A stretch of 64,000 nucleotides of DNA. Source: a virus. Its lineage: Duplodnaviria; Heunggongvirae; Uroviricota; Caudoviricetes. The notes beneath the pieces are model-generated. The model saw only the letters and a program-made list of their open reading frames with translations, was not told where the DNA came from and did not search any database. The position numbers were made by a program, and so were the translations under genes. The stretch is from the IMG/VR virus record IMGVR_UViG_3300022555_000017, positions 1 to 64,000 of that record; one strand, given 5' to 3'. Shown here piece by piece: positions 17,848 to 27,785 of this stretch; the stretch's first letter is position 1, and every line of letters starts with the position of its first letter.

Positions 17848-18735
17848 ATGAAAAAATTAAATTATATTGATGTTAAAAATAATATAGAAAATTTTGGATA
17901 TAAGTTATTATCTGAAAAATATATAAATGCTTTGACTAAACTAGAAATGCAATGTCCTGAAGGTCACGATTTTGAGATAAAATATAATAATTTTCAACAA
18001 GGTCAAAGATGCTCTATTTGTTTTGGTACGCCTAAGAAAATATTAAATGAAATTAAAGAGTATATAGAAAGTTTTAATTATAAATTACTTTCTACTGAAT
18101 ATAAAGATAATAGAACTAAACTAGAATTACAATGTTCTGAAGGCCATATATTTAAAATGGCATATGGTAGTTTTAAAAATCAAAATTATAGATGCCCGGA
18201 ATGTGCTGGTAATAGAAAATTTATAATAGAAGATATTAAAGAATATATTGAAAGTTTTGACTATAAACTTTTATCAACTGAATATGTAAATATATTTTCC
18301 AAGTTAAAAATACAATGTTTAAAAGGTCATATATACGCTGTAACGTATAATAATTTTAAGAATCATAATAGAAGATGCCCAGAATGTTCAAATAGTAAAA
18401 TGTTTTCTAAACCAGAAAAGGAAATTGCTGAATATGTTAAAGAGAATTATACTGGTGATGTTGTAGAAAATGACAGAACACAAATAGTAAATTATTGGAC
18501 AGGTGTTGGATTAGAACTTGATGTTTGGATGCCAGAAGCAAGAAAAGCAATAGAATTTAATGGTTCTTATTGGCATAATAATGAAAATGCTAAATGGCAT
18601 GATGAAATAAAAAAGAAACAATGCATACAAAAGAAAATAGATTTATTAGTTATACAAGAGCAGGATTGGTATAATGATAAGGTATGTTGTTTAAATAAAA
18701 TAAATAATTTAGTTTACAATACGGTTGGAATATAG
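17848..18735 (+). CDS. Zn-ribbon-repeat (x3) plus Vsr/DUF559-like nuclease family protein
   Basis: Family motifs. Confidence 0.7.
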   Translation: MKKLNYIDVKNNIENFGYKLLSEKYINALTKLEMQCPEGHDFEIKYNNFQQGQRCSICFGTPKKILNEIKEYIESFNYKLLSTEYKDNRTKLELQCSEGHIFKMAYGSFKNQNYRCPECAGNRKFIIEDIKEYIESFDYKLLSTEYVNIFSKLKIQCLKGHIYAVTYNNFKNHNRRCPECSNSKMFSKPEKEIAEYVKENYTGDVVENDRTQIVNYWTGVGLELDVWMPEARKAIEFNGSYWHNNENAKWHDEIKKKQCIQKKIDLLVIQEQDWYNDKVCCLNKINNLVYNTVGI

Positions 18736-18785
18736 TATAATAAATTAAAAGATAAAAAATAAAATTATGTAGAAGGAGATTAAAT

Positions 18786-19703
18786 ATGTGCGCTTCAAAA
18801 TGGGTAGACAAGAATTTATTTGAGAATTTTGCAACAGAAAAGGAACAAGAAAAAGATAGGAGTGCTAATAAGCGATCAGATGTCGTGTGGCAAACTCCTG
18901 AAGCCGGAACTGAAGATAAACCCAAAATCTACGAAGGTCGTTTCCTACCAGATTTGAGAGGTAAATTCACTAAATCATATTTCTATCATATGTTTCAGAT
19001 GGGAGATAAGTGGCAGTTTGTCCTTTGTCCCAAGACATATGATTTTGATAACTTCTGCCCTTTCTGTTCATTGGTAAATAAACTATACATGGGTAGTAAA
19101 GCTGACAAAGACATTGCTCCCAAATATAAAAGAAAGGCAAGGAATGTATCTAATTGGTTTGTTGTTGATGATCCGAGAGATGCTGCAATTCAAGATGAAA
19201 CAAAGAAATCTACTGGTAAAGTAAAGTTGTATGAATACCCTGATAAGGTAGATGCTAAACTTAAAACTGAAATCCTTGATAAGAAAGAAGGATTGAGAGA
19301 GGCTATCTTTGATCCGTCCTCAGAAGGTCATAACTTTATTTTGAGAATAAAGCAGACAAAGAAAGATGCAAAAGGCAAGGCATATCCAGATTATGCAGAA
19401 TCAGCATTTTCTCGTAAGTCCTCAGCATTAGGTACTGATGCTGAAATTAAGAAAATTATGGAAAGCCGTTTTTCCATTGAGGATTACATTAAGACTCTTG
19501 AAATCAAACAGGAAGATATGATTAGGATTTTGAAGTCTGAAATGTTATGGGAACTGGTCAATGATGATGCTAACAAGTATTGGTCGGTAGATAGAGAAAA
19601 AGTGCCTGAATCAGTTGAAGAATCTGATGTACCTGATTTTAATGATGACATTGGTGAAGAAGAAACTGATGCTGATATTATGGCAAAGTTAGAAACAATA
19701 TAA
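18786..19703 (+). CDS. T4 gp32-like single-stranded DNA-binding protein
   Basis: RFLPDLRGKF, GDKWQFVLCPKT...DNFCPFC align to T4 gp32 (IRFLPS..NGKWYIETCSST..DSPVQVC); acidic C-terminal tail. Confidence 0.7.
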   Translation: MCASKWVDKNLFENFATEKEQEKDRSANKRSDVVWQTPEAGTEDKPKIYEGRFLPDLRGKFTKSYFYHMFQMGDKWQFVLCPKTYDFDNFCPFCSLVNKLYMGSKADKDIAPKYKRKARNVSNWFVVDDPRDAAIQDETKKSTGKVKLYEYPDKVDAKLKTEILDKKEGLREAIFDPSSEGHNFILRIKQTKKDAKGKAYPDYAESAFSRKSSALGTDAEIKKIMESRFSIEDYIKTLEIKQEDMIRILKSEMLWELVNDDANKYWSVDREKVPESVEESDVPDFNDDIGEEETDADIMAKLETI

Positions 19704-19730
19704 AAAAAGTAGAAAAGGAGAAAGAAAGTA

Positions 19731-20664
19731 ATGGCAAGTGGTAAAGTAAAGTGGTTTAATGACAGTAAGGGTTAATAAAGAATAAGATAAATAATCAAAG
19801 CATGAAATGGCAAAATAAATATAATATTGATATTGAAGAAGTACATACTAAAAACATGGAAGGATATAGTTTAACAGACTTATCTTCCATGTTTAATGTA
19901 CCTAAAACAACATTGAATAGATATTTAAAGAAAGCAGGATATAGAATACTAATGAATAGGAAGATTTTACCATATTCATATTATATCACAGTAACTGAAA
20001 AGGAAATTGATTACAATTATAAGAGAAATAATACTGGACGGTGGAAAAGAAATTTGATATTTCATTACGGCCATAAATGTATTATTTGTGAATATGATAA
20101 AATTGTTGAAGCACATCATATTAAACCTCTTTCAGATGGTGGTAAAACAAGTGTTGAAAATGGTATTTTATTATGCCCGAATTGTCATGCAGAAGTTCAT
20201 GCTGGATTATTAAACTTAACCGAGGCCCTTATAAAATTGGGTGAATTGCTGGAACATTCTTTAGAGAACAATCAGCAGCCAAGTCATGAAAGTAGGTATA
20301 TACCGAGAGTCATGGAAGGTTCAACGACTAATTCCCGAGCGAAAGCAGTAATGGAAACAAGAGCGCCCAAATCTCGTAGTAATAGAATAGGAAAAGATAT
20401 GTATATTTTAAATAATCCTTCCTTACGAGATATGATATAGTCTGATCTGCATATAAAAAATAAGTTGCAGAGTTATGGGATAAAGAGCCCATAAGATAAC
20501 AAATGTTCGGCTTCATTGAGAAGGCAGATGGTGGTGATGTGTTTGTTCATTTCAGTTCAATTCAAGGTGATGGATTCAAGTCACTTCAAGAAGGTGCGAG
20601 TGTAAGTTTTGATATTGAACAGGGTGCTAAAGGCCCATCAGCAGTTAATGTAAGAACTATCTAA
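19731..20664 (+). CDS. cspA: Cold-shock protein CspA-like, interrupted: exon 1 19731-19772 ([14 protein letters not shown]), exon 2 20506-20664 ([16 protein letters not shown]...); spliced product 66 aa
   Basis: Both halves are canonical CSD sequence (KWFN..KGFGFI, VFVHFS). aaaaggag RBS before 19731. Exon 1 ends in T and the intervening sequence ends in G, as in group I introns. Confidence 0.6.
19773..20505 (+). mobile_element. Putative group I intron (~733 nt) within cspA carrying an HNH homing endonuclease ORF
   Basis: In-frame stop immediately after exon 1, U at the 5' splice site, G at the 3' end, internal HNH ORF. Intron core structure (P3-P9) not verified. Confidence 0.5.
19802..20440 (+). 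CDS. HNH endonuclease (intron-encoded)
   Basis: CIICEY...[34 protein letters not shown] motif. Confidence 0.75.
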   Translation: MKWQNKYNIDIEEVHTKNMEGYSLTDLSSMFNVPKTTLNRYLKKAGYRILMNRKILPYSYYITVTEKEIDYNYKRNNTGRWKRNLIFHYGHKCIICEYDKIVEAHHIKPLSDGGKTSVENGILLCPNCHAEVHAGLLNLTEALIKLGELLEHSLENNQQPSHESRYIPRVMEGSTTNSRAKAVMETRAPKSRSNRIGKDMYILNNPSLRDMI

Positions 20665-20679
20665 GAAAGGAAGAAAGAT

Positions 20680-20898
20680 ATGAAAAAGATTTTTGAAAGA
20701 TTCCGTAACTGGTTAAACAAGTATATTAATCTTAAATTCATAACTATTACAGCTAAAATTATTATCGTTGGTTTATTATTGAGTACGGGATATTCATTAC
20801 TAAACACCGATAGTAATTTAGGTGTAGGAGTAGGAATAAGTATATTGGTTTTGGTATTGGCATGGATCGTTGCTAAAATATCTAACATCGTATTTTAA
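20680..20898 (+). CDS. Small membrane protein (2 TM helices)
   Basis: Hydrophobic segments; RBS gaaaggaag. Confidence 0.45.
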   Translation: MKKIFERFRNWLNKYINLKFITITAKIIIVGLLLSTGYSLLNTDSNLGVGVGISILVLVLAWIVAKISNIVF

Positions 20899-20913
20899 GA
20901 AAAGGAGAATAAA

Positions 20914-21777
20914 ATGTTTAAGAAACTGTTAGGTGGTATTGTTGGTGGTTTGTTACTTTTTAGTTTAGTTGGCTGTGGTTGTCAAAAAATTGAGCCAGGT
21001 CATGTTGGTATTCAAGTTAATAATCTTGGTTCAGATCGTGGTGTTCAAAGTTATACAATGAAAACAGGTCTTGTATTTTATATGCCTATTATGTCTACTA
21101 TTTTTGAATACCCAACATATATGCAAACTGCTAGTTGGACACACGACAAAAATGAAGGTAGTGAAAATAATGAAGAAATTACTTTCAATACTAAAGAAGG
21201 GTTGGTTGTAAGTGGTGATGTTTCTTTGGGTTATCAACTTATTGCATCAAAGGTTCCTAATTTTTATGTAACATTCAGGTCTGATGATCTTAATGGTTTT
21301 ACACATGGATTTTTGAGAAATATTGCAAGAGATGCCTTCAATGAAGTTGGTGCTAAATATTCTGTAGAAGATGTATATGGTGCCAAAAAAGAAGATTTCC
21401 TAAAAGAAGTAAAGGCATATGTAAATAGTCAAGTAGTTAAATTCGGTGTACAAATTGAACAGTTTGGTTTCATTGGGGCATTGAGGATTCCTGCTGGTGT
21501 AAAAGGTGCATTAGATGCTAAGATTCAGGCAACACAGGATGCTATCAGAGCAGAGAATCAGGTAAGACAGGCAAAAGCTGAAGCTGAAAAGAGAATTGCT
21601 GAAGCTGTAGGTATTTCAAAGGCAAATGAATTGATTACAACTTCCATTACAGATAAGTTAATTGAATGGAGAAGGTTGGAAGTTACTCAGCAAGCTGTCG
21701 CAAAATGGAATGGTGCAAGACCAATGGTTGAAGGTAATGGTTCTGGTCTATTATTAAATATTAATCCTAACAAGTAA
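20914..21777 (+). CDS. SPFH/band-7 (prohibitin/stomatin-like) domain lipoprotein
   Basis: Signal peptide with lipobox LVGC; SPFH-like core followed by a coiled-coil AENQVRQAKAEAEKRIAEA tail. Confidence 0.55.
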   Translation: MFKKLLGGIVGGLLLFSLVGCGCQKIEPGHVGIQVNNLGSDRGVQSYTMKTGLVFYMPIMSTIFEYPTYMQTASWTHDKNEGSENNEEITFNTKEGLVVSGDVSLGYQLIASKVPNFYVTFRSDDLNGFTHGFLRNIARDAFNEVGAKYSVEDVYGAKKEDFLKEVKAYVNSQVVKFGVQIEQFGFIGALRIPAGVKGALDAKIQATQDAIRAENQVRQAKAEAEKRIAEAVGISKANELITTSITDKLIEWRRLEVTQQAVAKWNGARPMVEGNGSGLLLNINPNK

Positions 21778-21804
21778 TTTAACGAAATATTATAGACAGA
21801 CTAA

Positions 21805-21832
21805 AGGGATACAAATCGTGTCCCTTTTTTCT
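21805..21832 (+). terminator. Rho-independent terminator
   Basis: agggatac-aaatc-gtgtccc stem-loop followed by tttttt. Confidence 0.6.
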
Positions 21833-22017
21833 TGCGCCTTATAGTGACAAAATGTTAAACTCATTGAATGGGTCATTAAATCTACATTACACAAATGAAC
21901 TTTATTTGATGTAAATATATTATAGTTCCTTATTATATATGATAAAACTTTTATTTTTGATTTTTAGTCTTTTGGTATGATAATCGTATATACAATGGTA
22001 AGAGATTAAAAAACTAA

Positions 22018-22311
22018 ATGAGTGGAGGATTTACAATGAAAAAGACATTAGGAACAATCGTAACAGGTTTAGCAATCGTAGGTATGACAGCTGGGGCGGC
22101 AATAGCAGGTTCAGTACTAACAGATAATTCGGTATTTCCGTATTTTCAGTTTGGTTGTTTAGTGCTAGGTGGATTGATTATAACAAGTTTAAAGGCAAAG
22201 TATTCAAAGATTTATATGGGTGAAGCAATTGGTAGTTTCGCAATGTATGCAGTATTAGTTGCATTGTTTACTAACCCTGTCATTGATGCAGTTAAAACTC
22301 TTTTGAGTTAG
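22018..22311 (+). CDS. Small membrane protein (3 TM helices)
   Basis: Hydrophobic profile. Confidence 0.45.
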   Translation: MSGGFTMKKTLGTIVTGLAIVGMTAGAAIAGSVLTDNSVFPYFQFGCLVLGGLIITSLKAKYSKIYMGEAIGSFAMYAVLVALFTNPVIDAVKTLLS

Positions 22312-22320
22312 GAGGTTGTT

Positions 22321-22530
22321 ATGTTAAACTATACTAAACTATTGTCTATGTGTGAATGGAGTGCATGGGGATTTACCATACCAGTATCTAGTATATTATT
22401 CGCATATACAGGATATAAAATAGATACATTTTTTAGTATAGAACCAACTTTTATGTTAGGATTTCTTTTTCTTGCAATATGTTTATGTTTAGGTAAATTG
22501 TTTAAAAATGTACAATTACAAATAAAATAA
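22321..22530 (+). CDS. Small membrane protein (2 TM helices)
   Basis: Hydrophobic profile; RBS ggagg. Confidence 0.45.
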   Translation: MLNYTKLLSMCEWSAWGFTIPVSSILFAYTGYKIDTFFSIEPTFMLGFLFLAICLCLGKLFKNVQLQIK

Positions 22531-22554
22531 ATGACTTCATATAATCTGTAAGAT

Positions 22555-22592
22555 ACCCTATAAAGTGTATTATACCTTTATAGGGTATTTTC
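22555..22592 (+). terminator. Rho-independent terminator
   Basis: taccctataaag ... ctttatagggta 12-bp perfect stem followed by tttt. Confidence 0.65.
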
Positions 22593-22657
22593 CTGCTTAA
22601 AATATAAATGATATAAATATAATGTATGAGTATTAAATATATTTTAAGAGGTGCGAT

Positions 22658-22924
22658 ATGAGATTAGAACAATATATAAAAGAGGCTGAAGGTAAAGAGG
22701 AACTTAAAAAATGGGGTCAGACTTTCGGCAAGCATCATGGTGTTGGCCCTACAGAGCATGGCTTTTTTGATATATGTGTAGAACATATGAAGGGAAAAAT
22801 TGATAACCCTGAAGCCTTTTGTGCGAGGGTAAAAGATTCTGCTTACGGGAGTACGATGTGGAGGGGCAAAGATAAATCCAAAAAGGAAATAGAAAAAGAT
22901 GTAAAGGAGCATCCCTTAAAATAA
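22658..22924 (+). CDS. Hypothetical protein (88 aa)
   Basis: RBS agaggtg. Confidence 0.4.
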   Translation: MRLEQYIKEAEGKEELKKWGQTFGKHHGVGPTEHGFFDICVEHMKGKIDNPEAFCARVKDSAYGSTMWRGKDKSKKEIEKDVKEHPLK

Positions 22925-22926
22925 TA

Positions 22927-23805
22927 ATGAATAAAAAATATACTATAGAAAATATTAAAAAAATAATGTTAGATTTTAGTTATGAACTATTATCTAATGA
23001 ATATAAAAATAATACATCAAAACTTAAAATAAAATGTGATAACAACCATATTTTTATTACTGATATGAAGCATTTTAAAAGAGGTCATAAATGCCCTGAA
23101 TGTTCTAAAAATAAAAAACACACTATTGAAAATATTAAAGAATATATAGAAAGTCTTAACTATAAACTTTTATCATCAGAATACATTAATACTCTTACAA
23201 AATTAACATTACAATGCCCTGAAGGCCATATTTATTTATCCACATATAGTAATTTTCAACAAGGAAAAAGATGTCCTGTTTGTTTTGGAACACCTAAGAA
23301 AACATTAGAAAATGTTAGTAAATATATTGAAATGTTTGGATATAAAGTTCTATCAACTGAATATATAACTAATAATACAAAATTAAAATTATCATGCCCC
23401 AATAATCATACTTTTAAGATGAGTTATAGTAGTTTTCATACAGGACAAAGATGCCCATTATGCTCTTATATAAATAGTGGTTCAATACCTGAAAAGGAAA
23501 TAGCTGAGTATACTAAAGCAATATATTCTGGTGAAGTTATAGAAAATGATAGAACACAAGTTAAAAACTATTTTACAAACTATCCATTGGAACTAGACAT
23601 ATATATACCAAAATCATCTAAAGCAATTGAATTTAACGGAAAATATTGGCATAATAATGACTATATAAAGTGGAAAGATGAAATGAAACGAAAACAATGT
23701 ATGAAAAGAGGAATTGATTTATTAGTGATAGATGAAAAGGAATGGTGTAAAAATAAGGATCAGATTTTTAAAAATATTAAGATATTTTTAAAGGAGATTA
23801 GATAA
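22927..23805 (+). CDS. Zn-ribbon-repeat (x3) plus Vsr/DUF559-like nuclease family protein
   Basis: Family motifs. Confidence 0.7.
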   Translation: MNKKYTIENIKKIMLDFSYELLSNEYKNNTSKLKIKCDNNHIFITDMKHFKRGHKCPECSKNKKHTIENIKEYIESLNYKLLSSEYINTLTKLTLQCPEGHIYLSTYSNFQQGKRCPVCFGTPKKTLENVSKYIEMFGYKVLSTEYITNNTKLKLSCPNNHTFKMSYSSFHTGQRCPLCSYINSGSIPEKEIAEYTKAIYSGEVIENDRTQVKNYFTNYPLELDIYIPKSSKAIEFNGKYWHNNDYIKWKDEMKRKQCMKRGIDLLVIDEKEWCKNKDQIFKNIKIFLKEIR

Positions 23806-23961
23806 ATGAAACTTAAAGACTACTTAGAAGCATCCAAAGCCGTGGATGAGAATGCTAAGAAATATATCTTTTCATGTAAGGCTTGTGAGTATGTTAAAAA
23901 ATGTAAGTTCAAAGTAATGACAGATACAATACCAGAAGATTGTCCAATGAAAAGAGGATAA

Positions 23962-24933
23962 ATGAGATTAGATAACTTTGTAAATGAAAGAGCACCTGTT
24001 ACTGATAGCATATTTGATGAAGAAATCAAAAATAATGATGAAGCATTAAAGATGCGCTTTGAAATGATTATACTGAAACTAAGAAGAGAGTGTTCTGAAA
24101 TCATAAGAGAATATAAAAAAAATAAGGCATATTTATATAGAGGTTACAACTCAAATCAGTTATATCTTACTAAAACACCAAGAATTGATAGGCGACCAAT
24201 GGATATGCCTAAAGAGGTACATGATTTATTTGATAATGCATTTAAAAAAGAATTTGGTTGGAAGGTTAGAAGCGAAGGTGCATTTGTAACTACACAGCAT
24301 CGTAAAGCTAATGGATATGGCGATGTTTATTTATTTTTTCCTGTGAATAGTTATAAGTATGTTTATAGTCCAACTGTTCATGATTTATTTGTAGATTATA
24401 TGCAAAATGGCATACTTAGAATGACAAATGACGATTATAGAAATGGGAAAATCGGTGAAGAATACTATGATAAATACAGGGAACATTATAATAAAAATGG
24501 TTACTGGACTACAAAAAATATAGAATTTAATACAAAGTTTTTTGAAGATTTTCATGGTAGTGGCGCAGACTTTAAGGCTATAGTAGATCATATGAAAGAG
24601 TTATATGGTAAGAAGATTGTATATAATATAGTAAACCAGATACTTTTCATGACTTATATAGATGGCGATAGTAAAAAGAAAATAAATTTTGATTGGACAC
24701 CTAATGTTAAAGAAGATGATTATTTCAATATGAGGGTAGAGGAAATAGATAAGCAAATTGATGGCGAAATAGATAAATATATGAATGGATATAAAGATTA
24801 TGGCTTATTTAATAACATACATAGTTTAGATAATCAAGAGATAAGCTTTAAGTGTGATAAGTTTTATATAGTTAGATTAGAAGAAATCATAGAACAATAT
24901 AAAGATTTGGATAATTTTATCAAGGAACTATAG
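23962..24933 (+). CDS. Hypothetical protein (323 aa)
   Basis: Long ORF. Confidence 0.5.
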   Translation: MRLDNFVNERAPVTDSIFDEEIKNNDEALKMRFEMIILKLRRECSEIIREYKKNKAYLYRGYNSNQLYLTKTPRIDRRPMDMPKEVHDLFDNAFKKEFGWKVRSEGAFVTTQHRKANGYGDVYLFFPVNSYKYVYSPTVHDLFVDYMQNGILRMTNDDYRNGKIGEEYYDKYREHYNKNGYWTTKNIEFNTKFFEDFHGSGADFKAIVDHMKELYGKKIVYNIVNQILFMTYIDGDSKKKINFDWTPNVKEDDYFNMRVEEIDKQIDGEIDKYMNGYKDYGLFNNIHSLDNQEISFKCDKFYIVRLEEIIEQYKDLDNFIKEL

Positions 24934-24935
24934 AC

Positions 24936-24964
24936 TTGACAAATCAGTATGTTTGTGGTATAAT
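24936..24964 (+). promoter_or_regulatory. Sigma70 consensus promoter, TTGACA-17-TGgTATAAT
   Basis: ttgaca at 24936-24941, 17-nt spacer ending in tgg, tataat at 24959-24964; aaaggag RBS follows. Confidence 0.6.
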
Positions 24965-24987
24965 AACATATTAAAGGAGTAGTGATT

Positions 24988-25224
24988 ATGAAAATTGAAG
25001 AAAAAATAGATAGGTATTTAAAGATGCTTGATGAAGAAGTAGGTGACGATCCTAGTGATAAAGAAATAGAAGCTATACAAAAACAAATAGAAATTTTAAC
25101 TAAAAGTAAAGAAAATATAGATGATCCTAAACGAAAAGCTGATGTGAATAAAAAAATAGCTAATTTGAAATATAAAATAGCAGATATAAAAGATAGAAAA
25201 GTCGAAGATAAAGAAGAAAAATAG
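24988..25224 (+). CDS. Small K/E-rich hypothetical protein
   Basis: Consensus promoter plus RBS upstream. Confidence 0.45.
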   Translation: MKIEEKIDRYLKMLDEEVGDDPSDKEIEAIQKQIEILTKSKENIDDPKRKADVNKKIANLKYKIADIKDRKVEDKEEK

Positions 25225-25472
25225 AGAGGATGCATCAATGACAAAACTACAAGAGTATTTAATTGAAATGCCTAGCATTGGTAGTAAATCTTCAGGTGAC
25301 GGATTGCAAAAAGAAGATAAAAGTAAGCTAGATAAAGTTGGAAAACAAATTGCAAAAGAATTAGAAGTAATGTTCAAAAAAAGAAATTAATAAGATAGAA
25401 GATGATATAGAAGATACAAAATATCATTATTTATTTTCCGCCACTATAAAACAGGCAGATATAAGTTATAAA

Positions 25473-25709
25473 ATGATAGAAGATAAAATTAATGAATATC
25501 TAACTGAAATGCCTAGTGTTGGTAGTAAATCTAGTGCATCAATAAAAAAAGAAACTAGAGATGCATTAGATAAAGTTGGAATGTTAAAAGGTAAAGAGTT
25601 AGAAAAAACTATTAAAAAAGAAATCTCTAAAATAGATGGGTATACTGAAAGACAAAAATATAGTTATTTATTTTCGGTAATCTTTGATAATACTTCGCAA
25701 TGGCTATAA
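25473..25709 (+). CDS. Small hypothetical protein; N-terminus paralogous to a ~50-aa ORF at 25238-25390
   Basis: INEYLTEMPSVGSKSSAS... versus LQEYLIEMPSIGSKSSGD... Confidence 0.4.
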   Translation: MIEDKINEYLTEMPSVGSKSSASIKKETRDALDKVGMLKGKELEKTIKKEISKIDGYTERQKYSYLFSVIFDNTSQWL

Positions 25710-25894
25710 TAGATGAATATAACTTTTATATAACAGAATACCCTGATATAGCTGAACTAGTAAATGAATTAGAAGATGCTTTAAAGTCTAATATAATAGA
25801 AACAGAAACTTCAGCTGTATTATATAGTGAATATAAAAAACTAAAAGAGATTGTTATAAAAATAAAAGAACTAGAGGAACTAATTTGTTTATGA
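25700..25894 (+). CDS. Hypothetical protein (64 aa)
   Basis: ORF overlapping its neighbours. Confidence 0.35.
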   Translation: MAIIDEYNFYITEYPDIAELVNELEDALKSNIIETETSAVLYSEYKKLKEIVIKIKELEELICL

Positions 25895-26703
25895 AAAGGT
25901 TATACATACAACACAGAACTACATTTGAATCAGAACATAAAATTATACACCCATATCCATTTAGAGAACTGAAAATAAAATTGGATATAAACTCACCTTC
26001 TCAACAGTATATGTATCGTTCATATTTATTAGATGAGCCATATGAAAAAGAAACTATAGATATTTTAACAAAGTATTTAACTAAAGAAGATATATTCATT
26101 GATATTGGTGCCCATATAGGTTATTTTACTATTCTAGGTGCATATTTAGCTGATAAAGTATATTCATTTGAACCTGATACGGATAATTATACACATCTTA
26201 TAGAAAATTGTGTATTAAATAAATTGCCAAATGTTAAAATTAATCAGTCAGTTGTAAGTGATCGCAATGGAAAGGCAACTTTTTATACAAATATAGATAA
26301 TGATGGTGGCCATGCTTTATGGAATCCAGGCTTACATGAATTTAATTATCTATGTAGAGAAAAGCAACTGGTAAAAACTATTACACAAGGAACATTAGAT
26401 ACATTTATATCTTTTCTAAATATAGTTAAGAATAAAGTTAAAGTTATAAAGATGGATACTGAAGGTGCTGAAGTTTTAATATTGAGAGGTATGAAAGATA
26501 TACTACAAAGTGAGTATCTAAAATTAGTTGTATGTGAATATAATTTATTTGGTATGCACAGACTAAGAACAGATGGCGATGAAATGTTTAATATAATGAC
26601 ATTTAATGGATTTAAACCGTATGATGAAAATATGAAACTTATAACACCAGAAAATAGTAAAGATAGAGAAAGAACAGAGAATATATTTTTTATAAGGGGA
26701 TAA
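25885..26703 (+). CDS. FkbM-family SAM-dependent methyltransferase
   Basis: IDIGAHIGYFT motif I-like segment and overall FkbM-like arrangement. Confidence 0.55.
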   Translation: MFMKRLYIQHRTTFESEHKIIHPYPFRELKIKLDINSPSQQYMYRSYLLDEPYEKETIDILTKYLTKEDIFIDIGAHIGYFTILGAYLADKVYSFEPDTDNYTHLIENCVLNKLPNVKINQSVVSDRNGKATFYTNIDNDGGHALWNPGLHEFNYLCREKQLVKTITQGTLDTFISFLNIVKNKVKVIKMDTEGAEVLILRGMKDILQSEYLKLVVCEYNLFGMHRLRTDGDEMFNIMTFNGFKPYDENMKLITPENSKDRERTENIFFIRG

Positions 26704-26712
26704 AGATAGGGT

Positions 26713-27768
26713 GTGGATAAAATAAAAGTGTTATTTATTTGTAAAAAAAGAGTGTCTAACTATGGTGTTAGTTATGGGCTTCTTAATTCTGCAACATTTG
26801 TTACTGAAATGCTAAATCATAAAGGAATAGATGCCAAAATAGTCGTGGTTGATGATAATAATGATATAGACAGAGAGGTTTATCAATATAAACCAACTCA
26901 TGTAATAGTTGAGGCATTATGGGTTATACCAGAAAAATTTGAAATCTTAAAAGCATTACATCCTAATGTTAAATGGATTGTTAGAATACATAGTAAGACA
27001 GCATTTTTAGCAGGAGAATCTATTGCGATTGATTGGATAAAAAAATACCTTGATTATAATGTAGAAGTTTCTTTTAATAATGAAGGAACTTGCAAAACAT
27101 TTAATCATTTATTTAAAAGAAACTTTGTATATTTACCTAATGTTTATCCTATTTGTGATGAAAATGAGTATAAAAACTATCCAAGTTCTGATTATATACA
27201 TATTGGCTGTTTTGGAGCATTGAGACTTCTAAAGAATCAATTACAACAAGCTCAAGCAGCTATTCTATTTGCTAGAAGAATTAAGAAAACACTTATTTTT
27301 CATATAAATGCAAGTGATATAGAGGATGCACAAAGCTCCATATTAAAAAATATTGAAGCGTTATTCTTGCATACTGGTAATATTTTAATTAAACATAAGT
27401 GGATGAAGCATGATGAGTTTGTAACTTTAATAAGACAAATGGATATAGGTCTTCAGGTTAGTTTATCAGAATCTTTTAACATTGTTTCAGCAGACTTTAT
27501 TTCTAATAGTATACCGATTGTAGTTTCAGAAAATATAGATTGGCTTCCTAAACAATTTCAAGCTGAACTAAATGTTGAGTCAATTGTAGAAAGGCTAGAA
27601 TATGTATGGAATTGGCGATATAATCCTTCGTTAATCAAATTTGCAGAAAGATGCTTAAATAGGTATTCAGAAAAATCAAGTAATGTATGGATTGAATATT
27701 TTTATAATGATATTAAACTAAGTTGGTGGCAAAAATTAATAAAAATAATAAAAAACTTATTTAGATAG
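26713..27768 (+). CDS. Hypothetical protein (351 aa), possibly a glycosyltransferase-like enzyme
   Basis: Long ORF; no firm motif. Confidence 0.45.
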   Translation: MDKIKVLFICKKRVSNYGVSYGLLNSATFVTEMLNHKGIDAKIVVVDDNNDIDREVYQYKPTHVIVEALWVIPEKFEILKALHPNVKWIVRIHSKTAFLAGESIAIDWIKKYLDYNVEVSFNNEGTCKTFNHLFKRNFVYLPNVYPICDENEYKNYPSSDYIHIGCFGALRLLKNQLQQAQAAILFARRIKKTLIFHINASDIEDAQSSILKNIEALFLHTGNILIKHKWMKHDEFVTLIRQMDIGLQVSLSESFNIVSADFISNSIPIVVSENIDWLPKQFQAELNVESIVERLEYVWNWRYNPSLIKFAERCLNRYSEKSSNVWIEYFYNDIKLSWWQKLIKIIKNLFR

Positions 27769-27785
27769 AAAGGAAATAATTTGTT

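Noticed and set aside
20503-20664. Possible independent translation of cspA exon 2 from the ATG at 20503
   Set aside because: There is no Shine-Dalgarno sequence, and a 53-aa fragment lacking the first beta-strand would not form a cold-shock domain. Splicing is the more parsimonious explanation, though it is unproven.
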